A stretch of DNA of 64,000 nucleotides from Rhina ancylostomus (GCA_030265395.1 JARFYF010000094.1:20021526-20085525); one strand, 5' to 3'; positions 39,800 through 53,199 are shown, counted from the first letter of the stretch. Made by a program: numbers and translations. Notes: generated by a model from the sequence alone, not told the origin.

Positions 39800-40420
39800 T
39801 AACCCAGAATAAGGCAGGAGTATTGTTAGACTAAGTTTGACTCCAACCCACAAAATAAGAGAGAAGACCAAATGACCTGAAACTCACTGAAGATGCACGT
39901 CTTAAAAAAGGGGAAAAAATAGAGAGACCAAGAGGTTTTGGGGGGTGGTGCATGGGGGAGAGGAAATTTAAACTTTAGGATCTGAGCAAGTCAAGCAAGT
40001 AAATTTAGGAATGAGAAAGGGGCCAGAATTGGAGAGTGCAGATTCCTCAGAGATTTATTGGCCTGAATAAAGTTATGGAGATATAAAAGGCTAAAGCCAT
40101 AAAGGAAATTGAACATAACGATAAGAGTTGTGAAGCTGAGCAATTGCTTAAACAAAAGCCAATATGCAGACAGAAATCCCTGAGGTGATGGATATGGTCA
40201 TAAGATTATAGGCAGCGGTGTTTGGGATGGCCTTAGTTATATGAGTGATAGAACAGGAAGGGCAGCCTGGAATGTATTAGAATTGTCAAGTGCAAAGGCA
40301 ACAATGGCTTGGCTGAGGGTTTCAGCAGCAGATGAGCCGAGGATGTGCAAACTTGGGCATTATTATAGAGCTGGGAGCAGGTAGTTCTGGTGATTGTGAG
40401 GACTTGTGTGTAATAAATAT
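39800..40420 (-). mobile_element. L2 LINE 3' fragment
   Basis: Minus strand 40340-40260 reads LGSSAAETLSQAIVAFALDNSNTFQAA, matching the L2 motif LS..AAETLIHAFVTSRLDYSN.LLAGLP. Confidence 0.7.
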
Positions 40421-40677
40421 TACTGGTATGCATTGAAGTGAGGATGTTCTGTAAATTCACATACCTTCAACTGCTTTCTTGATCACAAAATATCACAAAA
40501 GGGTTGTGTATTTTCGAATAGAGCTTTAAGTAGATGAGTTATGTTTATGGGATGAAATAAAGTGTGGAAGTCACTTCTTGTAGCATGAAAAATCATTTTG
40601 CAAACTTTGCAAATGAAACCTGATCGACAGTTCTAGGAACTGTAACCTGCTCAGGTAAACAAGAAACTATTGTTTAA

Positions 40678-40830
40678 TCAGCGGTCAGGGAGCATCTATG
40701 GAGGGAAATGGAGAGTCAATGTTTCGGGTCGAGACCCTTCATCTGAACTAGTCCAGATGGAGTCCAGATGAAGGGTCTTGATCAGAAACGTCAACTGCCC
40801 ATTTCCCTCCATAGATGCTGCCTGACCCAC
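40678..40830. mobile_element. Palindromic Penelope-derived element next to or inside a CR1 fragment
   Basis: Arms ggtcagggagcatctatggagggaaatgg...gacccttcatctg and cagatgaagggtc...ccatttccctccatagatgctgcctgacc are reverse complements; minus-strand CR1 sequence (IKDNIVGHLEKVKVIRQGPHDFV) adjoins at 40828-40910. Confidence 0.8.
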
Positions 40831-41414
40831 AAAGTCATGTGGACCTTGCCTGATTACCTTGACTTTTTCTAAATGACCTACTATATTGTCTTTGATAGTA
40901 GCTTTTAACATTCTCCTTTCTAACAGTGTGAGATTATCAAGCTCTGCTTGTGTGGTGCTTCAACTAATTAATATTTTCCAGCAGACTAACAGTGTATTCT
41001 AAAGGAAAATAGCCATACATTTTTGTGTTTTTTTTCTAATCTGTTAACAAAATTATTTCTTTTGCTATTTCCAGACAACTTTGGGCAAAACACATTGTAT
41101 TTAGCTCTGTGAGATTCCATGAGAAGAAACTTAATGTTTAGAAAACAAAATGATTTCAGTTTAATTTCTGAGATAGCAATTCATTACTTTTACTCAGAAC
41201 TTATCAGTTTTCTCCTTTATTGAAACTAAGGTCTGTCCTTAACTCCATTTTAACAGTATAGTGGTATCTTGCTCATAATGACAATGCACAGTCTGAATGA
41301 GCATGTTATAGGGTATGCATGCATGGATATCCAATGAATGGGCTTAGCAGTATTGAGCTTTATAGTTCAATAATTTAAATTATTGAATCATAAAGCTCAT
41401 TTTTGCTAAGCCAA

Positions 41415-42495
41415 ATCATATTTCCACCAGCTGCAATGAGATTCCCCCACCAACCACATCTTCTCCCTACCCCTTTCTGCCTTCTGCAGAGACCGCTCCT
41501 ACCATGACAGCCTGGTCTGCTCATCACTCCCCACCCATCCCTCCCTGACCCCTGGCACTTTCCCCTGCAATCATTTCTTCTTACATCTCCTCCCTCACCG
41601 CCATCCAGAGACCTGGTGAAGCAGATATTCACGTGCACCTCCTCCAACTTCATCTAATGCATTCAGTGCTCCCAGTGTGGCCCCCTCTACATCCTCAAGA
41701 CCAAGCACAGACCTGTCCTATTCCCTCACTGACCTGTCCGCCCTGGCCTTCTCTACTGCCAGGGTGAAGCACAACTCAAACCAGAGGAACAACACCTCAT
41801 ATTCCACCTGGGTAGTCTACAACCCAATGGCATGAATACTGAATTTTCCAATTTTAGGTAACCCTCCCCTCTGGTGGGTTGTNNNNNNNNNNNNNNNNNN
41901 NNNNNNNNNNNNNNNNNNNNNNNNNNNNNNNNNNNNNNNNNNNNNNNNNNNNNNNNNNNNNNNNNNNNNNNNNNNNNNNNNNNNNNNNNNNNNNNNNNNN
42001 NNNNNNNNNNNNNNNNNNNNNCCCCTCCCCCTCCCCCTCCTGGTTCTATCCACCCAGTACACCCATGGTTCCACCTGCCATTCACCTGTCCCCTAATGGT
42101 TCCCATTATCACCTCTTTTACATCAGATTCCAGCACAGGTTGCCCTTTCTGTTTCTGCTTGTCACCGTCCAGCAGCTATCTTGAACCTTCATGCTCCCCT
42201 CCCCCCACCTCCCTCCATCTCCATTTTCTCTCTGTGTCTGCCTCCATCTATCATTCACCTGCCACTGTCGCCCAGCTCAACTCTCCCTGCCCTCCTCTAC
42301 TTGGCACAACGTGCCTGTCATAAACACCCCTCCTCAGTCCACCAATCACTGCAGACCCCTGTCTCACTACTCCCCTTCTCTTTATACTGGCCACTCTCAG
42401 TCCTGATGCAGGGTTTCAACCCAAAACATCGACAATTCCTTTCCTCCCCCAGATGCTGCTCAACCCACTGAGTTCCTGCAGAAGATTGCTTGTAA
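41415..42495 (+). mobile_element. Penelope-like element 3' part: GIY-YIG endonuclease remnant plus pLTR
   Basis: GTFPC...FTCTSSNFI*CIQCSQCGPLYI..TK...KPEEQHLIFHLGSLQPNGMNTEFSNFR* (ends 41860), then a C-rich UTR, hammerhead-like motif at 42398-42433 and agatgctgctcaacccactgagttcc tail. Confidence 0.85.
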
Positions 42496-44639
42496 GCCCA
42501 GTCAGATCCTGACCATATATCCACAAATGCACACGGTGTAGCATGGTCATTCGGTGATTATCAGGGCAGTTACTCAGTTGTCTACAGATTCATCCCAATT
42601 CTACCACATCACCCACCCTGGTCTAATGTTACATTCACCTTTTCTACTACTGAGAGCCTTCAATACCTTCTCCTTTCTCTGCATTCCTCCTCACCTACAG
42701 AACATGGAGGACAACTGTGAAATCATTTAATCATAGGATCTTATATCATAGAAGGTGGGATTCATTGCACTGAAGATGTGTGAGTGTATTGAAAGACCAT
42801 CCTGGTTATTTCTTTAAATTTACAAATGCCTTTCTATCCAGTACTTAACTAATTGATTTTTGTAAAACCCCACTGAATCTGCTCACACCAATATTATCAG
42901 ACAATGATACAAATAGTTGAAAGAGGTTTTCCTCAATTCACTTTTGGTTCTTTCCATTTGCAAATCTGAATATTTTGCTCCTTGCCTTTGTCGGATCCGG
43001 TTATTTTCAAATCCAGAGGTTCTTTCAGGAATCCAAGAATGAGATGGAAACAACATGGTGCTTCACAAAAGAGTATGGGAAAGGTTTAAAACAAAGAAAC
43101 GTTCACAGAGCANNNNNNNNNNNNNNNNNNNNNNNNNNNNNNNNNNNNNNNNNNNNNNNNNNNNNNNNNNNCCCCCCCCCCGGCGTTGGGAGGCTGGTGA
43201 AGAGAGCAAGGGAGAGATTAACAAAAAGTGACACCTTTTATCACTGAGATAAGAGGTACTCCTTAGCTAACAATAGTCCATTCAGAAAACCTATTAGATA
43301 CCTATGGCAAAACCAACCAGTGAGAAAACAGATATTCACCTGATGGACGAACCAATAAACTAGGAAGCGGCCATTCTTTGTGCAGCCACTTGAGGTGTAT
43401 TAAACTCTATACATGTTAAAAAAAGACTACTTAAAACAGTCGAATCCAACACTATTAGCAATAGAATCAGTTCCTCTTTATACATTTTGTCATCACAGAA
43501 TGGGCTCTGATCTAAGATCTTTCTGCTTGCATTGGCTCCAATCCCCCCTTATTAGCTTGTCTGCTCATTCAGGAGAATTTAATTATCCTATATTTTACTG
43601 TTTCACTTTTCTAACTTAAAAAAAGCTGGTATCAGTTCACAACTAAACAAGCCTACTGCCTTGCTTTTCAATGCCAATGTGGTATACAGGTTCTTGCATT
43701 AGGAAGGTTCCAAGTATGAACTGTAATGGTATTACTCTCATGTCAGCAAATCAAATGCACAAAATGCATTCAGATGTGTGATAAGAACTTGCTGAACTTT
43801 TGAGCCTATATGGTCACACTCACCAGTGGGTTGCCAAATGAACATTACAAAATTTCAATGAAACTGCAGTGAGCTGTGTCTAATAGAGCGATGAGCTCAG
43901 TTTGGACAAGTCAATAAATATTGCACAAATGACCACTTCAGCGTAGTTTCGCATAAACTGCTGTCACACAGCTAACTCAGTTAGAATAAATGGTTAATCC
44001 CAGGATGTGAGTTTTAATTCTGCCACTCTTGGATGATGTGGTCATGCTTTCTATACTCAGCTTCTGACCAAAACTGAAAGACAATCTTGGCAGCCACGCA
44101 ATGGATTTGTGAATTAATTTCATCCATAAACAGGAAGACATTATTTCATGTCACGCAGAGGTTTTAATCCTGCATAATCCTTGTTATGGCTAAAACTAAA
44201 TTTGTTCACCCTGTGTGCTGTGAAAGAATTGAGGACTTTCCAAGTACTGGAGCTGCCTGGTTCGTGAAAGCTGTCAGGTAGGGTAGATAAAAGAAAGAAA
44301 TCGATCGAGCCAGTTCAATTTACTTCCGGTTTTATCTCAACGAAGCAAACATTCCCCATGATTTTCATCTGGTTACAGGTTGCATCACCCATTATTCTTT
44401 GTTACTTTAGTGTCAGATAAACATAACCTTCACTGAAATCAATTGATTTACGGACCTTTGCTTTAGCAATGAGTAATAAGATAGACATAGTTAACAACCT
44501 AAAGGTGTGTAAACACCTATCTGATATTGATCACAATATGATCAAGTTTAATGTAATGTTTGAACGGGAGAACATGAATTTGTTTCTCAGATTTTGGTGA
44601 GGCTAATTCTAACTCAATGAATCAGAGACTCTTCTGTCC

Positions 44640-45110
44640 ATGAGAAGCTGAGCAAATCGGTTAACAGAGAATTAGTGGAATGTTTTCAAAAAAGTCTTTA
44701 AGGCAATGCAGAGTCAATTTACACCCCTCAAGGAGGAAGTGGTGTACTTGACCAAAAAAAAGCTTTTGATGATGTAAGAAATATGGACAACATAAAATTA
44801 AAAGAACTCAAAGCTCACACAGATCCTACTGACAAGGAGATACAGGGAGATAAAACAGTTACAGGAAGAAAGGAGAGAAAGAAACTTGCAAGAGATATCA
44901 AAATCAATAAAATATATTCATAAGTATATTGGAAGGAAAGAGAATAGTCAGTAGTGATTTGCAGCCTTTAAAAATTGGTAACCATGATAATGGAAATGAT
45001 AATAAGGAAATGGATATATTGAATTATTACTTACTTCTAAAAGAAAGAGGATAATTTGCTGCACGTTGCAAGCAAGTTAATATTGAAATTACAAGTCGGC
45101 CAATCAAAGA
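44640..45110 (+). mobile_element. Decayed CR1 ORF2 mid-region (between endonuclease and RT)
   Basis: KLARDIKIN..., KYIGRK, PLK, NKEM.ILNYY pattern, parallel to the minus-strand ORF 51176-51421. Confidence 0.55.
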
Positions 45111-45149
45111 GGTTAATTCTTCTCATGAATCATCATTCAATCATACTTA

Positions 45150-45225
45150 TAAAAAACAGAAAATGCTGGAAACACTCAGCAGGTCAGATAGCATCTGTGG
45201 AAAGGGAAACAGTTAATATTTCAAG
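45150..45225 (-). mobile_element. Penelope-like pLTR tail fragment
   Basis: aaaaacagaaaatgctggaaacactcagcaggtcagatagcatctgtgga. Confidence 0.7.
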
Positions 45226-46639
45226 AACAATTTTCCTTTCGCTAGCTTTTCCATTTCTAATGAAGGATCTTTGAGCACTCAAATATGAAACTAATTTAAC
45301 ATTGCAAAACTATTACCACTTACTGCATCATCTTGTCTTGGCAATCAAAGGATCTCTACATTATCAGGCATGAATCATTGAATCTGTCACCAATCTGTCA
45401 CCAAAGAGCTTTTAAAATACCTCTAACTTAAATAACCTTTAGTCTAAAAAAAATCAGTGGAACATACAGTAGCAAATGGTTATTATCTTTTCTAATGATC
45501 TGAAATTTACAAATAATTTGATAAATATAAATGACTTCAACAATTGAGCATTAGCCCATTGGTTACTTCACATGCTTTCAGTTCTAAGTGTGAGCAGACA
45601 TGTGCAGGAATACAGAACTGTGAGCATTAACCAGCAGTGGATGATGTCCTCAGTAGAAAGTTCTCAATGAAATGCAGTTGCAGGTGAGAAATGGGTATTG
45701 GGGGTGTTGGCGGGAGCCGGAGGTGGAGGGAGTGATTGAGTGATTGATGGTGGGATGCAGGATGCAGAAACAACTTCTTTACTGCAGTTCCTCAGTTTTG
45801 CTTGAAATACAATATTATACCAGGGAATACAAAAGGCAGAGTTAAAAACAGAACTGACAAAGCTGTCTTATTCATTTTGTTTAAGATATCTTATCTATAT
45901 TCACACACAAGCCCACCACAGCTGTCAGCGTATCCTCATAGGAGCACTGGGATTGCATGTTTAGCTCCAAATCATACCTGAAATCATATCCAATATAGAT
46001 GGAACTGAATACCAAATAATATATAGTAGATGGAACTAAATTATTGAGTTTAAAAAATCTGGATTTTGATTCTCATCAACAAATATTGTTCACAAGAAGA
46101 GGGCAAAGAATGGGAAGAGTTAAGCAGCAGTGCCCTTCCAGACCTCTCAGAGCGCAACTCATTCTAGATTTCCAGCAAAATGCAATATTATGCTTTTCAA
46201 TTATTGTTTAATTGTTGGCCACTCCTCTCCCAGAAATACCCACCCTGAAGTAACTCTGCTCCTCTCTCCCACAGGTCATTTTTAACATGTACACCCTCAA
46301 CAGTTTCAGTTTCCCTTCTTATTTCCTGCTAAAGTACTGCCCAAAACCTGCTGCCACCACCATAACTCTTTCCTTACCAAATGTCTGATTTATTCTATGT
46401 GGGTTCCAACTGCATATTCCAGTCTTCAAATTTCCAGGATTTTATGAATCACTGTACTCATTGCAACATAAGATCTTTGTTTAATGCCATTTGTCAGCAC
46501 ATATATGCTCTCTCTTTTTCTCCCTCTCTCTCTCTCCTTCTCCACCAGCACAAACACATTCAATTCTCTCTACCTTAAAGCTGAAATGTAAATAGAACTG
46601 CCAATGCAATAAATATGAAGTAAAAGCAGAAATACTATT

Positions 46640-49030
46640 CCAACTTGAGGATCAGCACCTCATCTTCTGTCTGGGCACGTTGCAGCCTTTGGGACAATAT
46701 CAAATTCAACAATTTCATGTAACTCACTCTTCCTGTTTGTATCAGAACTTAACAGTTCTCTGTAAGTTTATCCATCTATTATATTAATTCAGGTTTTTTT
46801 CTCTCCACAGGCAATTCTTGAGTTACTCAGCACTTTCAGTATTGTCCTTTTGGTTTCAGAATAGTTATTACTTGCCTTCACAATTCTTACATGTCCATTT
46901 GTTTGTGTTTGGTCTCTCTAACTGGCCTCATTAACCTATCAACCTGACAACTTCATCAACAGCTTATCCCCACATCGGCCCTGGCCTCACCCTACCAGTG
47001 ATATTCTCTTTGTCCTTTGCAACACTCCCCACACTCTATATTCNNNNNNNNNNNNNNNNNNNNNNNNNNNNNNNNNNNNNNNNNNNNNNNNNNNNNNNNN
47101 NNGACCTTAAATATTAAATCTATTTTTCTTTCCATAGATATTGTCTGCCCTACTGAGTGTATTCAGCATTTTCAATCTTAGAGCTGTCCTGGACCATTAT
47201 TCCTCCTCATCCCTTGATACATCTGGTGCTTCAAAGAAAGATTTATTCCTTTCATGGATCAAAGATCATAAATTTCAACAACACTTGAATTTTAACATTC
47301 ATCCACTTCTCCCCCTGACCTTATCTCCACACCATAGTCCCACAGTCCTTATTGTGTTTACAATATCCCCTCTCTGACCCTGATCAATTTATCTCAGAAG
47401 AGGCCACAGTTTCATTCCCCTATATCCTCATCTGAATGAATTCTGAATCCAGCAAGATGTTACACTTTTTTTTCCAACTTCTCCATACCCATTTCTTTTT
47501 ACTCCAACCTCCAGGCCCTTTCTCCTATCTTCAGAATTCCCAATTCATCTGTACCACTTCTTCTTCCTTCTTACCCTCACTGGACCTATTCATTTTTAAC
47601 TGCTAACATAACATCTCAATTCTTCCATTGTCCTTTCTCAACCTCACTGACCTACTTCTAATTGTAGCACTCGGCTCACAAAGAACTAACTTCTTTATAT
47701 GTCCCTCTGGAACATGACATCACCACTGATCAATGGTCAAAGTCAAGTTTATTGTCATATGCACAAATACATGGATGCATAGGTGCAATGAAAAACTTAC
47801 TTTCAGCAGCATCACAGGCACATAGCATCAGATACACAACATTCACAAGAAATACATAAACGAACAACATAAATCATACAAGAAAGAACACAATTAGGAC
47901 AAAAAAAAACAAAGGGCTTTGCAGTGCAAAGTAGTCAAAGTGGTCATAGTGTTGCTATACCTATATAGTGATTAGGGTTATGCAAGTTGGTTCAAGAACC
48001 AAATAAGTTGAAGGGAAGTAGCTGTTCTTGAACTGGTGGTGCAGGACTTCAGGCTTCTGTACTTCCTGCCCAATGGTAGCTGTAAGAAGATGGCATAGGC
48101 CAGATAGTGGGGATCTTTGAAGATAGATATTGCCTTCTTGAAGCAGTGCCTCCTATAGATACTACCCATGGCGGGGAGGGATGTGTGAGTGATGTATTGG
48201 ACTGAATCCATTGCTCTCTGAAGCTTCTTCTGTTCCTGTGCATTCCAATTGCCATTCCAGACCATGGTGCAACCAGTCAGGATACTTCCAACATTACATC
48301 TGAATGAGTAGGTCTTCGATCTGAAATGTTAACTGTTTCGTTTTTCACAGAAGCTGCCTAATCTGCTGAGATTTTCCTGCATTTACTAATTTTATTTCTT
48401 TTTACAGCATTTGCAGTTTTTTTTCACCATTACTGAACATTTGGCCATTATCTCCCAAACAGTCACTAACTCATTTCTTCTGGAGATTTTCATTCTACAG
48501 CCTTCAGCCTGGTACACTACCAATGCTCTCTTTCACCTTGATGGTTTTCGGTGTTCTTGTGCCAGCTGCCTTATTTTCACCATGGAGATTCAGTTCTTCC
48601 ACACCTACACCCTGAAGGTCCTTTGTTTCTCCCCTGAAAAAAAGACCCAACCAGTCCCCTCCACCACCATCTTCCTTCACCTGCGTGAAGTCGGTCTCAC
48701 ATCAAACAACTTTTTCTTTAGCTCCACTCACTTCCTTCAAATCAAGGGTGAAGCTGTGGAAGCCTGACAGGGTCTAGAACTATGCCCAGGTCTTGGAGAG
48801 ATTTATGGACAGTCCATGTTTAAGTCCTGCTCAAGCTCCCTCCCTCACCTCTTCTTTGTGGTACACTGATAGCCACTTCCTGCTGTTGTACAGAACTGAA
48901 ATGTTTCATCAGCTTTGCTGCCAATTTCCACCCTGATGTCAGTTTTGCACAGTCCTTTTCTGACTCTTACCTTCCCTTTCTTGACTGTCCATCCTCCACT
49001 TTCTCTGGGGTTGCTGAGTGTATTCATTAT
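46640..49030 (+). mobile_element. Cluster of decayed Penelope-like sequence (ORF end, pLTR tails, RT remnant), interrupted by a Rex1/Babar LINE
   Basis: LEDQHLIFCLGTLQP at 46645-46690; pLTR tails at about 47100-47175 and 48310-48420; ORF 48411-48767 has TTIFLHLREVGLTSNNFFFSSTHFLQIKGEAV, a Penelope RT motif region (NNF.F...HFLQ.KG.AMG). Confidence 0.7.
47735..48300 (-). mobile_element. Rex1/Babar LINE, 5'-truncated
   Basis: ORF 47978-48265 (KKLQRAMDSVQYIT.TSLP...IYRRHCFKKAISIFKDPH...LPLGRKYRSLK) is homologous to 22391-22864; tail gtcaaagtcaagtttattgtcat. Confidence 0.85.
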
Positions 49031-49628
49031 ACAATGAGTTAGTTACAAACCAAGCAAAATCACAAAAGAAGAATACAAAAACATTATAATCATTTGTTTT
49101 GTTACTTTTGGTGCCCACCCTGGACCCTAATCCAACTCAGAAGGTGGTGCACTGGCAAGACATAGGGAGCACACTGCCCAACATGATGATCTATCAAGTA
49201 CCCACTGCACATCTTTCAAGCAAGCGCTGCAAAATGCACATGCGCACTGGGTGATCAAATTTCTAGGCCACAATATTTAGAGCATAAAGTTGAACAAAGG
49301 CTGATATTGTTATCAGCACTGTTTAGTTCTATTGCCAAAACTGGATTCAGTCTTGATTCCATGCTCAAGGAATTCTGGAATGTACACGTCCACTGTACAA
49401 GTAGATACATAGGACATTCACTCATAATTTCCAACATGAAACAACATATTTGAAGCATTACTTCACTTTTTCCTTATCATTGCTGTTACAGGTAGTCGCC
49501 AGGTTAATCTTAAAATGATGTATTCACATTAGAATTTCTTTCTTCAGACCAAATCCTGCTTCAGGCTAACCACCTCCCCCTCTTCTCTAAAAGGGAAATC
49601 TATGATGAAGCTCATCTTAAATCACACC

Positions 49629-51380
49629 ATAGAGTCATAAAGTTATACAGTGTGGAAACAGTCCCTTTGGCCCATCTCATGCATGTCAACCAAGGTGCCT
49701 TCCCGAGTTAGTCCCATTTGTCTGCATTTGGCCCATATCCCTCTAAACCTTTCCTATTCATATACCCATCCAAATGCCAGGTTTCCATTAAATTTTTCCC
49801 CTCACACCTTAAACTTTTGCCCTGTAGTTTTAGACTCTCTGAACCTGGGGAAAAAGATTGTAGCAACCCATCTTATCAACACCCCTCATGATTTTGTAAA
49901 CTTCTGTAAGGTCACTCCTCAGTCTCCTTTGCTCCGAGGAAACCAGACCCAGCCTCTCCAATCTCTCGTTATAACTCAAACCCTCCAGTCCCAGCAACAT
50001 CCCTGTGAATCTTTTCTGCACCCTCTCTTGCTTAATCACATCCTTCTTATTGTACAATGACCAGAACTGCACACAATATTCCAGGTGCAGTCTCCCCAGG
50101 GTCATGTACAGCTGTAACGTGGCACCCAACTCTTGTACTTAATGCCCCATCCAACAAAGACAAGTGTACCCAATACATCTTCTTCATCACATTGTCTACC
50201 TGTGTCACCACTTTCAGGAAACTAAATACTTGTACCCCTCAATCTCTATGTTCTTCAACACTCCTTAGGGCTCTGTCATTCACTGTGTATGTCCTGCCCT
50301 GGGTAAATTCCCAAAATGCATCACTTCACACCAGTCCAAGTTAAATTCCATCTGCCATTCCTTGGCTCACTTTTCCAGTTGATCTAGATCCTATTGTTAC
50401 GTTAGACAATCTTCCTCACTGTGCACTATATCACCAATTTTGGTGTCATCTACAACCTTATTAACCATGCCAACAACATTCTCATCCAAATCATAAATAT
50501 ATTTGACAATTTGACAGGAACCCAGTACCAATCCCTGCAACAAACTTGTGACAGGCCACCAATCTGAAAAACTACCACTACCACCTTCTGTGTCCTTCCA
50601 CCAAGCCAATTTTGTATCCAATTAGCTAGTTCACCCTGGATCCCATGTGATCTAACTTACTGGACCAGCCTAACATGCAGGATATTGTTTGTTAAAGTCC
50701 ATATAGATAATGTCTACCACCCTACCCCCATAAGTCCTCTTGGACACTTCTTCTAAAATGCAATCAAATTCGTGAGACATGACTTCCCATGCACAAAGTC
50801 ATGCTGACTATTCCTAATCTGTCTTTGTCTTTCCAAATGCAGATAGATCTGGTGTCTCAGAATACCCAACAGTAATTTTGCCATCACTGAGGTTTGGTCC
50901 ACCAGCCTGTAGTTCCCTGGCTTGTCCTTACATCTCTTCTTAAATAAAGGCACAACAATAGCCAGTCTTCTGGTATCTCACCCATGGCCAACAGAAGTTC
51001 AAAAACCTCTGCTAGGGCCCTGGCAATTTCTTCCCTTGCTTACCACAATGTCGTAGGATAGACTTGGTCATGCTCCATGGATTTATCAACATTTATGCAT
51101 CTCGAGACTGCCAATACCTCATCTTTCATAATGTCAATATGTTTCAGGACATCACGATTCTCTTCCCTGAATTCCCTAGTTTCCATGACCTTCTCTATGG
51201 CAATATATAGACAAGAAGTATTCACTTGTGATGTCATCCATCTCCCATGGCTCCACACATATATGACCACATTTATCCTTAAGGAAGCCTACTCTCTCCC
51301 TAATTACCCTGTTGCTTTCATTATACTTATGGAATATTTTAGGATTCTCCTTTACCTTATCTGCCAGGGATATCTCCAGC
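49629..51380 (-). mobile_element. CR1 LINE ORF2 (RT domain and C-terminus) with 3' UTR, frameshifted
   Basis: Consecutive minus ORFs: LADKVKENPKIF (51176-51421), PLFKK..KDKPGNYR...SQHDFVHGKSCLTNLIAF (50753-50953), PVTS..QGLVLG...DLD...KVVDDTKIG (50397-50621), LEYCVQFWS...ERVQKRFTGMLLGLEGLSYNERL (49830-50129). Confidence 0.95.
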
Positions 51381-52268
51381 CAACCTGCAGGACAGAAAGC
51401 ACTGAACAATGCAAAATTCAACCAATCTCAATGCTATAACAAATAGTGAGGGGTCATGTTACCAATTACATGATCAAACTTGTTTACTGTAGTTAGCAAG
51501 TGTTAAAATAACCCAAAAAGTGTCATGAAAAGTAACAGTATTGAAGGACATATGGAATAGGAAGAATTTTAAAGATGACATACAGTGACATTCTTTGAAT
51601 AAAAACATTCTTTTTATGAACTGATATTGGTCCCTTCCAGAGAGGAGGAAACCTCAACCTCACTAACTTTAAAATCATTAGCTGTAAATCTGAACACAAT
51701 TGAAAGACATCATTCAGATAAATGCTCATCATCTGTGGATTTAAAACACTGATTTATTTCCTTTCCTTAGTGCAAACACCCAGGCCATATTTAAAATTAC
51801 TTTCGCTGTCTACCAATGACTTAGTGCTGCTCTTTCAGGTGCAGACTTGTTATTTTCCTTATGGCCACACCTGCTTGCATGTTCTCTCGTCTAAACCCTC
51901 TGACCTCATCTGTCTCCCCTTTCAAAACTGTTCCATTTCCCCATAATGACAGTCAGTCACTGTTCTCAGTCGCCATCTCGTTTATCTGGGCATCAATAAC
52001 AATTGCTGGAGAAAAACGACATGCTGGAAGTACTCAACAGGTCGGGTAGCATCTGTGGAGTAGCTACACGCTGCGTCATGGCAATCTTTTGAATTGATTT
52101 AAATGTTTTTCAGTGTTCAAATTGTTTGTACATTTTTAAATTTAACATTAGTTATAAAAGTTTAACAGTCAATTATTTTTAAAATAGTTTTAAAATCTTT
52201 TTGAATATTTCTGAATAGTAGATTTATTGCCAGCAAGTAGAGTCAGATCATGTGACTCAGTGATCTGT

Positions 52269-52833
52269 TGTGGCGACTTACCTTTCATGAACTGGCTCCC
52301 AGGATCGCGAGTGTCGTCGGAGGCCCCGACACAAGATGGTGCGGGGCACTCCTTCTTTGTTGGGCTAGAGGAGCCCGTGCGCGGGAAGGTCACGTGACCT
52401 GCATGTGACGTCAGCGCAGGAACTGTGTTTATTAAAGGGGCAGCGCATCCCAGTCGTTCATTCGACTCTTGGACTTCAAACAAGTGTCTCGTATCTTTAT
52501 TCAGTGTAGCTAGCTGCTACATTGGTGACCCCGATGGGCCCAAACGTTTTTGGACCCACGATGCCTGAACAACAAGAGGTACTGGCAGTAGCCCTTAAAC
52601 TGCCCACCTTTTGGACCCTCCGGCCTCGTGTCTGGTTCGACNNNNNNNNNNNNNNNNNNNNNNNNNNNNNNNNNNNNNNNNNNNNNNNNNNNNNNNNNNN
52701 NNNNNNNNNNNNNNNNNNNNNNNNNNNNNNNNNNNNNNNNNTTATTAAAGGGGCAGCGCACACCAATCGTTCATCGACTCTTGGACTTCAAACAAATGTC
52801 TTGTGTCTTTATTCAGTGTAGCTAGCCGCTACA
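52269..52833 (+). mobile_element. Gypsy-type LTR retrotransposon: 5' LTR, PBS, gag start, gap, end of 3' LTR
   Basis: 5' LTR 52269-52521 (TGTGGCG...GCTACA); its last ~90 bp recur at 52742-52833 ending CGCTACA. PBS TGGTGACCCCGA at 52523. Gag-like MPEQQEVLAVALKLPTFWTLRPRVWF from 52561. Flanks ctgt/ctgc are a near 4-bp TSD. Confidence 0.9.
52523..52536 (+). promoter_or_regulatory. Primer-binding site complementary to tRNA-Trp 3' end
   Basis: tggtgaccccga(tg) versus the canonical tRNA-Trp PBS TGGTGACCCCGACG; 1 nt downstream of the LTR end. Confidence 0.85.
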
Positions 52834-53199
52834 CTGCCAAAATTTTTCATTCCACCAATTTTATGGGAAGCACTTTTTCTGCCACACCCACCCTGCCACA
52901 TGCCGAGGTTTACAAGTGGAAGAGCCAGGCACTACATGCAGCCTCACCTGCAAAGATCTGGCCACCTCCTCATGTAAGGTTATTGAACATTAATGATGCT
53001 CCTCTCTCCACAGATGCAGCCTGACCTACTGAGTACTTCCAGCATTTTCTGTTTACTTCAGATTTCCAGTGTCTGCATTATTCTGTTTTAAGTTAAGTGC
53101 AAACTTGGTCAGAGATCAGCAGTGAGCATGGCAGCTGACTGCTTCTCACCAAGCCTGGACCAGTTCCATTTTCACTAACTGTCTCCTGATGTTATACCT

